Origin: Selaginella moellendorffii
Lineage: Eukaryota; Plantae; Lycopodiophyta
Direction: 5' to 3'
Assembly: GCF_000143415.4 (NCBI RefSeq)
Contig: NW_003314340.1
Coordinates: forward strand, 251,772-315,771
DNA length: 64,000 nt
A model generated the notes under the pieces. That model saw only the letters and a program-made list of their open reading frames with translations. It had not been told where the DNA came from and ran no database searches. Shown here piece by piece: positions 11,841-22,200 of the stretch. Every line of letters starts with the position of its first letter. Position 1 is the stretch's first letter. A program made the translations under genes and the position numbers.

Positions 11841-11872
11841 TTTAGGGTTAGGGTTTAGGGTTTAGGGTTTAG
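11841..11872 (+). repeat. Interstitial plant telomere repeats (telo-box cluster) inside transposon copy A
   Basis: TTTAGGG TTAGGG TTTAGGG TTTAGGG TTTAG. Confidence 0.9.
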
Positions 11873-13111
11873 CAATTCAGTAGATTGATAAACATGCAAA
11901 TACAGAACTTGATGCAAAATCCTTTGATATGTCACAATGCCCCTAGGACCATAAACACATTTCAATAGAGAGGGTCCTTTCATTTCATAACTCCTTACGT
12001 AGATCTTGGTGAAACCAGAGTTAGTGAAGTTGGTTTCTTGTGATCCCGCATCTGATTGTGATGTCCCTTTGCAGTGTCGATGGAAAGGTCAATGCACACC
12101 AAACTGTAGAATCTTGGAGCAAAATAACGGTCGGATCTATGGCAAATGCCCCTGAAACATTGTAAGGCTCGTGTGGTCTCATGTGGTGTCCGATCGAGAT
12201 GCTTCTTTGCAGGGTCATCAAGAAGGACATTGTATACCATTCTGTAAAATCTAGTTGCAATCTAACGGTTGGATCTCCAGGAAACTCAAAACAATCTCGC
12301 GCGTGTCAGAATATTCTAGGAATATACTCCTATGTGCTCCTGAAAATGGCATGCGGCCCCACGCCATTCAAGAGATAACGCCAGATGACACCAAGCATTT
12401 TTTGGTGCATTTTTTGGGATCAAAATTGCATGAGCCCACATGCTTGAACGTCACATCAAATCCTCTGACAATTTATTTAGCTGAACATCTGGCATTTTTG
12501 GAAATACAAGATGCTTTGGAATATCCAATCATGCATGGTATAAATATAGCGAGGGTATTAAATGATATCCCAATCATGATCTTTCTTTTGGATTTCGCGT
12601 GCATGCAGTCCGAGGAATGATGACGTTGCGGATTTCTTTTGGATTTCACGCATGCGCGCGGCGATCCAGAAATTAATGGTGGCGCCCAAGTCCGAGAAAT
12701 GATGACGTGGCGGGATTACCAACCGTCGTGACATTTCGCACGTGTGAGGTTAGGTTTTGCATTTTGCTTCGTACTCGCGCTCGCATCGCGCTCCCACTCG
12801 CGCTCCCACTTCTCTACAGGTTTCTCGTGTGCATCGGCATCCACTCGCGCTTGCATCACACTCGCGCTCGCATCGCGCTCACATCGCGCTCGTGTGCATC
12901 GGCGTCCACTTCAAGACACACCCAGTTTGTAACTTCGCCGCCAACTCCGCCGCCCACTCCGCCACCCACACGCAGCCCACTTGGCGTCCCGGGAGATTTC
13001 AGCGCCACTCTCCAACTGTAAGTGGCAGAGTAGCCTTGCTGCTACGATCCGCTGCACACACAGTGCACATTCGCTAGTGAGTCCGGTTGTCACGCCTCCA
13101 TTCGGCTTCAA

Positions 13112-16100
13112 ATGGTAAGTCTTTTAGGCCAAGTAGAAAATGGCATGAGGCCACATGCCATTCAGTAGCAACATTGGCATGCACCGATTGGGCTCTCGAG
13201 TGCAGTGCGGTTACAGATGGCGTGTAGCCTCACGCCATCTTAGGATGCAGCCTCAAGACATCTGATGCAGTGGTGAATGGCGTGTGGCCTCACGTTATTT
13301 CCAGCTACTAGCTTTTCATCTGTCAGCTCTAATTGTTGTGCATTTCTGAACAGGCGAGGAATTGCGTTCTTCTTCCAGCGACTGTCAATGTGGATGTAGA
13401 GAAGGGGGAGGAGCTCACCAGTTGGACTTTCGGGATGGAAGGCGAGGATCTGAGGCTGTACAACACAGATGGTGGGAGAAAAGAATGCATGGGGATCCTC
13501 ATCCAAGTGACAGACACTCCATGCAGTTCCATGCTAGAATATGGACTGGCACTTGTGGTAGAGACAGCGTCTGCCTTCAAGATCCACCTTGCACATCCTA
13601 GTGGCTTCCCGGAGGGGGGCAGCGGCTATGAGGAATTCCTAGAGGGAGCTAGGGAGAGGTTGTCCAGGAGGCCCACAATTTCAAAGACGCTGCGGGTCTA
13701 TGAAGATCACATGGAATCCACAGACCTCACCTACGGCGATGTTCAAAAACTATATTCCAACATTGAGCCGTTGAGAGTGACTCCAGTTCGCGAAGCAAAG
13801 GGGAAGGGGGTCGATCTGGAAACTACCTCGAAGCAGAAAAGGGTGGTCAAGCTCAAGCCGACGTCCGACTCTCCTGCTCCAAAAAAGAAGCTACTCAGTG
13901 ATGCCATTGCCTCGGGTTCGAACACTACACCCACCAAAAAGAAGAGCCGCAAAGAGCAGAAAGAGCAAGAAGAGGCAGCAAAAATCGTCGCAGATAATAG
14001 TACTTGTTACTATTCCAACAAAGTATATACAATCGACGTGAGCCGTATCGACATCCAAAGCAAATACAACCACAGGCTAGTATCTGATGAGTGGGTGGAG
14101 AAACTGAAGCAGAAGATGCTGGCAAGTCCAGTAACACCCGACATCGCAGACGTGATCCCCTACTACCAAACAATGAAGGGCGAGACGAGGTTTCCAGACT
14201 TGATCAATAGGAAGGTGTTGGACGATCAGAACATCCAGTTCTATGCCGTCTCCGGACAGCATTCTAGCTTGGCGATGCAAGAGATAGTTGTGGATATTAT
14301 GGTGGGCAAGGAGGTGAAGAAAGTCTTCAAGACAAGAGTTGTCCGCCTGATAAAAGGCAACTCGCCCCTCCGATCTATCATATACATCTCCCACGCGCAG
14401 AATGTCAAGCAAGAAACGTGCTACAAATCGGGTCTGCACGAGACATTGGCACGAACACGGAAGCTCTGGGTTCAACTGAAGAAGCCACAAAAACCAGGAC
14501 AAGGACGTGCACTAGCAACTAGCGCCTGGCAGGTAAGCCTCGTTGTATGTGGCATAGCATGTGGCCTCACGCCATTTCCATTGCAGGAATTCTCGAGTCT
14601 TCTCTCGAAAACACTGGGGTCAATGACACACTCAGCATCCATAACATTCTACTCGCGACAAAAGTTGTTTTTGACAAATGGGTAGATGTGCTGAGGAGGT
14701 ACCATGACGGGGAGTTGCCAAACTCAATGGGTGTGGAGGACGGCCAGAAGCCCAATGATTTGAAGCTCAACGCCTTGCGTTTCTCGCGGTCTCTAGACGA
14801 CGACGACCTTCTGACAGTGGCTAATGCTCTTCTACGTGGTGAGGTTGTCTTCAACAAGACCAAAATGACTCCCGGCCATATTGTGACATACGAGGACTTG
14901 TGCACGACTCTGAGAGCTCGTGCACTATTGAAGGATTGGATCTTCGAGCAAGTGGCCGTGGAGAGGGTGAGCATCGACACCACGCAAGAGATGATGGAAG
15001 CGCTGGAGTTGTCAAATGAAGACATCGACGAGTACGTGAAGGGGGCCCCCAAGTTCATCGATCTGCTGCGGGATGCCACGAAAAGTAAAGCTGAGAAGTT
15101 GGATCAGTATCCAAATTTCATTAAGATTGATGTCGACCGCCGGCTTCAGAAACAGCTCGACCCCGTAGCAGAGGCCTATCGAGAACCTTACCGGGTATAC
15201 TTGAATTCGGATGAGGATCAAAGGTGGAGGAGCATCGTTTCCCGCGGAGATGAGCAGGTCAAGAACATCTTTTGTGTGATGGACTTCACAAACGAGGAGA
15301 TCACTCATGCAGACGAAGTCAGCTCCATCATTGACTTAATGGTGGGACTTGCGGAGGTGGAATCTTCAATCCACTATATGATCTACGACTCCGAATCCTA
15401 TCACAAGTTCTGGAAGGCCTTGAACGAGGTGAAGGCTTGGTTGAAAGGCAAGGAGATGCGGGAGATCCATGGGATAATGGCTAAGAAGAAGATACCGACG
15501 AATGTCCGCATCTTCACACTCGCCCTTGTTATTGGTCCTGCAGCAGAGTGGGACTGGAGTGACTTCCCAGCTTCGTTCAACAAGGCCAATCGAATTGATC
15601 TGAGGGAGGTCAATTTACCCGTGCCTGAGGAACTGAAGACGGCTATGGAGCTTTCGAATCCAAAGAAAGCTCCAGGTGCAGCATGGGAAATGCTCAGCTG
15701 GGTCTTCAACGCAATAGCGGGTGGGTCACTTGCTTCCGACTCCAAGGGCAAATGCGTTGTCGAGTACAACTGCGGCGGACTATTCTTTCGAGCCGCACTA
15801 CTCAAGGGTGTCCCGTGTGTTGTGGTGACAAACTCCATTGAAGAGGTGACTTCAATGGAGCATATAATTACAGTTGCCAAAGAAAAACAGTATCTTCTCT
15901 GCGAACCTGGTGAGTACGCACTTTAAGTTTAAATGTTATCTCACAAGCTCTGTATGCAGGAGCGTGGCCACCTCCAGATGCTGAAACGGCGTTAACAGCT
16001 ACTGTTGAAGATACCCATGTTGGGCCGAGCTCACAACCTGCACAAGGTAAGGTCACGTGAGGCCTCATGCCATTTTGATTATAGATCGTTGTGAATATTC

Positions 16101-18451
16101 AGACATGAGGACTAAAAAGCGCACTGGTGGCGCATCGAAGAAGGACAAACAGACAAGCAATAGGAAAAAAGGAGGTACAAATTATATTTGCAATGGCGTG
16201 TGGTCTCATGCCATTCCTTGCAGGAGAAACTTCTTCAAAGGCAAAACAGGCAAGCACCAGCCAAGCTCAAACTGACAGTGGTCATAAAAAGCGAAAGCAC
16301 GTTGGACAGTCGTCGAGATCAGAGGCATTTGATTCGAAAAGGAAGAAGGGCAACGAAAAGATGATAGGTAATGCCTCGCGGTTATGGCGTGTGTGCTCAT
16401 GCCATTCATTGCAGATCAAGGGCTGAGTGAAAGCAGGCAGTCACCACCTCATGACTCAGATTCCTATGGCGGACTCCCCTTCCCCAATCTCAATAGAGAG
16501 GTACAATGGATGAGGGAAGCTTTTCAAGTCAGGGCCACGTTTTTCTCATCTCGTCGTCTTCGAAGGGTGCAAGAACGTGCAAAAACCATGTTAAGACAGT
16601 CGGGTGAGGATACGGTCCTAGGTCACACACTAAAACAGGCTATGGATGTCTTGTATTTTGAGATGGAGACTCGGCCAGATGATTTTCCCAAGATGGTCCT
16701 GGAAGAACAAGCCATCCAGCCTGAGCAGCCTATGGAAGAAATGCAGGAGGGGGATGAGGAGCCAGAGAAAGATAATGAGCAGGAAGAGCAGAAGGACGAA
16801 GAGGAGGACAAAGAAGAGGAGGACGAAGAAGAGGAGGACAAAAAGGACTTGGATGGTCCTCACAATGGTGACGATCACAATAACGACGACGACGATGATG
16901 ACGACGATGGCCAGCCTGAGGTGGCCAAAGAGCAGCGGAGGAAGGTCATACAAGACAAACCATCAGGTAAATAATAATACATCCATTCCTAACCTTTTAC
17001 CATTTCTAACATTGTCCATGTAGGTCGCAGAGCAAATGGTAAGTAGAGATTATTCAGTTGAATTTACAAACTCTAGCCTTTAGTGTCGAGGAAGGATAGT
17101 GCCAAGCAAGGGTCGAAACGTATGTCCAATCCTTCAGAATCAGCAGTGCGCTCAAGTGATATCGGTCCTAGTTCCTCAATAGCAGTTGATGGTAAATACA
17201 GTATAGTCGATTCAATGTGCTAATGAGTTTGTTTTTAGTAGCACGGGAGGATACCATCTCAATCGAAGGGAGATATTTGGACATGCATATAGATCCGCCA
17301 GTGGACTCTACTTGGCTGCAAGAGTCATCAGAGCTGGTGGAGGCTACTATCCATATCAACGCCAAGCAAGCTGACCACGCTCCACTTGATGCTGCCCATA
17401 CCACTGAGTCAATCTTGTCCACGTATCCAACTGACGGTGACCAAGCGCCATTGGACCCACATGAGGCCGCCCCAGCCGCCGAGCCGGTCGTATCCTCATT
17501 TCCAACGGACTCAACGTGTGCCCAATCGTCTGACTACGCGCCGTTGGAACCTCCCTACACCGCCCCTGCTGCCTGTTCGGTCATGTCCACTTTGCCAACG
17601 GAGGCACCAGCTGAAATGGCGTGTGATCACATGCCATCTGAACCACCCCATGCCACTGTTGAGCCAGTTGTACCAGAGTCTACAGCTGAAATGGCATGTG
17701 CCCACACGCCATCGGATGCGATTGACCCCACATTGCAGAGGAGAGTATTTCCGCCCTTCACGTTTCCTCGACCAAAACCCTCTCAACGACCATCGGGAGC
17801 AACATTCGCTAATATTGTAGATGGTAAAATTGACTTGTACCATTTTTTATGCTGATGCATTTCATTTCAGAGTCACGGCGAAGGTACTGTATCGTTTTTG
17901 ATCTGAACGGTGTCCTTTTCTCCCATGAGCGTGGCTCGTCCTCGAATGTCATTGCACCCTCCAAAGCCTGCGGTCGCAAGTTGGTCAAAAGAGACAGATT
18001 CACATTAATCACACGGGAGAAACTGCGGGATCTAATAATGACCATGCGACACTTAAAACAGAGGGCCGGGTTCAATTTGCAATTGGGAGTTTGGACATCC
18101 ATGATGCGCCACAATGCATTAATGTTGCTACAGATGATGCACGATCAGACGCGAGTAATATTACCATTTGACTTTCTCCTAACGCAGGAGGATTGCTTGA
18201 CTATGGTCCATGTGAGGGGTAGCAAGCCCATCTTCGTCAAGCCAAAGGCTGTAGTGATGAACCGGACTGCTAGCTCAAGTGAAATCCTCATCATCGATGA
18301 CTCGCCGATTAAAACTGCAGCGAACACGCACACATATGCAGTGCACCCCATCTCTTGCAGTATGGAAACTAGGGAGAAGAAACCGTATGTTCTGGGGGAC
18401 CTTGCAAAACGGTTTGGAGCGATGGTGATAGAGAACCGGTCAGTCCAGTGA
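13112..18451 (+). CDS. Transposon accessory gene (copy A): multi-exon protein with ParB/Srx-like, degenerate amino-methyltransferase-like, acidic, Pro-rich and FCP1/SCP-like domains; 3' end deleted
   Basis: Proposed exons: 13112-13114 (ATG; 5' structure uncertain), 13354-14532, 14587-15909, 15960-16046, 16103-16174, 16224-16367, 16415-16966, 17024-17038, 17084-17191, 17239-17823, 17871-18451. All introns are GT-AG. The eight introns after 15909 are 45-57 bp, phase 1 and keep one open frame. One frame conflict near 14587-14620. Confidence 0.7.
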
Positions 18452-19214
18452 GAGGATTTGCATTATACTAGAAGTGTTACAGCATGTTATTGGAAGTCTA
18501 CGAAGTTGTTTTATTAATAATGGGAAAGTAAAGATTGAATGGGGACTTGGGCTCCACCTAGACTCGGAGCAACTGAGCCAATATTAAAAGGATGGAAAGA
18601 AATTGGACGACGATGACAAGGAGAAGAGAGAGGTGAAGCAGTGGCAGGGGGAGGAGAAGTGATTGAGTAGACATTTCCTTGTTTAAAATAAAATGGCTTG
18701 TGCCTCAATGCAGTTGAATTTTGTTATATTTATATACTATATAAAGGTTTGGAAACCTTATTTTACAAGTGGGATAATGACAATTCCCACTTTAACGAAA
18801 TAGAGCTTTATTGGCTCAGTTGCTCCGAGTCTAGGTGGAGCCCAAGTCCCCATTCAATCTTTACTTTCCCCTTATTAATAAAACAACTTCGTAGACTTCC
18901 AATAACATGCTGTAACACTTCTAGTATAATGCAAATCCTCTCAAAGAATTGTCTTTTAATATTAATACAATGGCATGGAACCCCATGCCATAATAAGTTA
19001 CATTTTTAAATAAATACATGCCATCTCAGACTGTTATTTTTTGCCTCCAACGCCTATACAATAATCTTGGAATTTCATCACTCTCCACACTATCAGGATT
19101 TAAACCCAATAGTAATGCCATCTCTTCTCTAATACGTCCACGCTCATGTTCAGTGGTCAAAGAACCCATCCGGTTGAGCAGATTATGGAGATGCGGATAG
19201 TGCTTGGCTAGAAA

Positions 19215-22200
19215 TTATACATGCCATAAATGATGACTGGTGTCTGTCCGATCAAATGGCTTCTGATATACCGTTCCATCTGCCATTTGGTTGATTTCTG
19301 CAGCCACCTCCTGGACTGGCCGGTTCTCTATCACCATCGCTCCAAGCCGTTTTGCAAGGTCCCCCAGAACATACGGTTTCTTCTCCCTAGTTTCCATACT
19401 GCAAGAGATGGGGTGCACTGCATATGTGTGCGTGTTCGCTGCAGTTTTAATCGGCGAGTCATCGATGATGAGGATTTCACTTGAGCTAGCAGTCCGGTTC
19501 ATCACTACAGCCTCTGGCTTGACGAAGATGGGCTTGCTACCCCTCACATGGACCATAGTCAAGCAATCCTCCTGCGTTAAGAGAAAGTCAAATGGTAATA
19601 TTACTCGCGTCTGATCGTGCATCATCTGTAGCAACGTTAATGCATTGTGGCGCATCATGGATGTCCAAACTCCCAATTGCAAATTGAACCCGGCCCTCTG
19701 TTTTAAGTGTCGCATGGTCATTATTAGATCCCGCAGTTTCTCCCGTGTGATTAATGTGAATCTGTCTCTTTTGACCAACTTGCGACCGCAGGCTTTGGAG
19801 GGTGCAATGACATTCGAGGACGAGCCACGCTCATGGGAGAAAAGGACACCGTTCAGATCAAAAACGATACAGTACCTTCGCCGTGACTCTGAAATGAAAT
19901 GCATCAGCATAAAAAATGGTACAAGTCAATTTTACCATCTACAATATTAGCGAATGTTGCTCCCGATGGTCGTTGAGAGGGTTTTGGTCGAGGAAACGTG
20001 AAGGGCGGAAATACTCTCCTCTGCAATGTGGGGTCAATCGCATCCGATGGCGTGTGGGCACATGCCATTTCAGCTGTAGACTCTGGTACAACTGGCTCAA
20101 CAGTGGCATGGGGTGGTTCAGATGGCATGTGATCACACGCCATTTCAGCTGGTGCCTCCGTTGGCAAAGTGGACATGACCGAACAGGCAGCAGGGGCGGT
20201 GTAGGGAGGTTCCAACGGCGCGTAGTCAGACGATTGGGCACACGTTGAGTCCGTTGGAAATGAGGATACGACCGGCTCGGCGGCTGGGGCGGCCTCATGT
20301 GGGTCCAATGGCGCCTGGTCACCGTCAGTTGGATACGTGGACAAGATTGACTCAGTGGTATGGGCAGCATCAAGTGGAGCGTGGTCAGCTTGCTTGGCGT
20401 TGATATGGATAGTAGCCTCCACCAGCTCTGATGACTCTTGCAGCCAAGTAGAGTCCACTGGCGGATCCATATGCATGTCCAAATATCTCCCTTCGATTGA
20501 GATGGTATCCTCCCGTGCTACTAAAAACAAACTCATTAGCACATTGAATCGACTATACTGTATTTACCATCAACTGCTATTGAGGAACTAGGACCAATAT
20601 CACTTGAGCGCACTGCTGATTCTGAAGGATTGGACATACGTTTCGACCCTTGCTTGGCACTATCCTTCCTCGACACTAAAGGCTAGAGTTTGTAAATTCA
20701 ACTGAATAATCTCTTCTTACCATTTGCTCTGCGACCTACATGGACAATGTTAGAAATGGTAAAAGGTTAGGAATGGATGTATTATTATTTACCTGATGGT
20801 TTATCTTGTATGACCTTCCTCCGCTGCTCTTTGGCCACCTCAGGCTGGCCATCGTCGTCATCATCGTCGTCGTCGTCATTGTGATCGTCACCATTGTGAG
20901 GACCATCCAAATCCTCTTCGTCCTCCTCTTCTTCGTCCTCCTCTTCTTTGTCCTCCTCTTCGTCCTTCTGCTCTTCCTGCTCATTATCTTTCTCTGGCTC
21001 CTTATCCCCCTCCTGCATTTCTTCCATAGGCTGCTCAAGCTGGATGGCTTGTTCTTCCAGGACCATCTTGGGAAAATCATCTGGCCGAGTCTCCATCTCA
21101 AAATACAAGACATCCATAGCCTATTTTAGTGTGTGACCTAGGACCGTATCCTCACCCGACTGTCTTAACATGGTTTCTGCACGTTCTTGCACCCTTCGAA
21201 GACGACGAGATGAGAAAAACGTGGCCCTGACTTGAAAAGCTTCCCTCATCCATTGTACCTCTCCATTGAGATTGGGGAAGGGGAGTCCGCCATAGGAATC
21301 TGAGTCATGAGGTGGTGACTGCCTGCTTTCACTCAGCCCTTGATCTGCAATGAATGGCATGAGCACACACGCCATAACCGCGAGGCATTACTTATCATCT
21401 TTTCGTTGCCCTTCTTCCTTTTCGAATCAAACGCCTCTGATCTCGACGACTGTCCAACGTGCTTTCGCTTTTTATGACCACTGTCAGTTTGAGCTTGGCT
21501 GGTGCTTGCCTGTTTTGCCTTTGAAGAAGTTTCTCTTTCAAGGAATGGCATGAGACCACATGCCATTGCAAATATAATTTGTACCTCCTTTTTTCCTATT
21601 GCTTGTCTGTTTGTCCTTCTTCGATGCGCCACCAGTGCGCTTTTCAGTCCTCGTGTCTGAATATTCACAACGATCTATAATCAAAATGGCGTGAGGCCTC
21701 ACGTGACCTTACCTTGTACAGGTTGTGAGCTCGGCCCAACATGGGTATCTTCAACAGTAGCTGTTAACGCCGTTTCAGCATCTGGGGGTGGCCACGCTCC
21801 TGCACACAGAGCTTGTGAGATAACATTTAAACTTAAAGTGCGTACTCACCAAGTTCGCAGAGAAGATACTGTTTTTCTTTGGCAACTGTAATTATATGCT
21901 CCATTGAAGTCACCTCTTCAATGGAGTTTGTCACCGCAACACACGGGACACCCTTGAGTAGTGCGGCTCGAAAGAATAGTCCGCCGCAGTTGTACTCGAC
22001 AACGCATTTGCCCTTGGAGTCGGAAGCAGGTGACCCACCCGCTATTGCGTTGAAGACCCAGCTGAGCATTTCCCATGCTGCACCTGGAGCTTTCTTTGGA
22101 TTCGAAAGCTCCATAGCCGTCTTCAGTTCCTCAGGCACGGGTAAATTGACCTCCCTCAGATCAATTCGATTGGCCTTGTTGAACGAAGCTGGGAAGTCAC

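Larger units (their letters stand above)
5342..18808 (-). mobile_element. Sola-like TIR DNA transposon, copy A, inserted in inverted orientation inside copy B
   Basis: Same 24-bp TIR at 5342-5365 and 18785-18808. 4-bp TSD TATT (5338-5341, 18809-18812). The empty target (ccttttaa-TATT-ggctcag) is visible in copy A itself at ~18573-18591 in reverse complement. Confidence 0.92.
5568..18991. repeat. Dispersed 22-bp palindrome family ATGGCATG-nGGCCn-CATGCCAT (~20 per transposon copy)
   Basis: Copies of varying fidelity start at 5568, 5884, 5937, 7279, 7336, 9173, 9243, 9341, 11411, 12346, 13140, 13217, 13277, 14554, 16052, 16193, 16384, 17616, 17691, 18693 and 18970. Mirrored in copy B. Confidence 0.9.

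Noticed and set aside
11841-11872. True chromosome end
   Set aside because: Only four to five units, internal to a transposon and present in both copies.
11995-12260. Third transposon gene in the divergent spacer (79-81-aa ORFs, also at 25496-25741)
   Set aside because: No recognisable motif or splice chain. Presence in both copies only reflects recent duplication.
13333-18451. Treating the 450-, 459-, 196-, 212- and 200-aa ORFs as separate genes
   Set aside because: Their listed starts fall in introns, and GT-AG phase-1 introns join most of them into one frame.
5568-18991. CRISPR array interpretation of the palindromes
   Set aside because: Spacing is irregular (tens to thousands of bp), the context is eukaryotic, and no cas genes are present.
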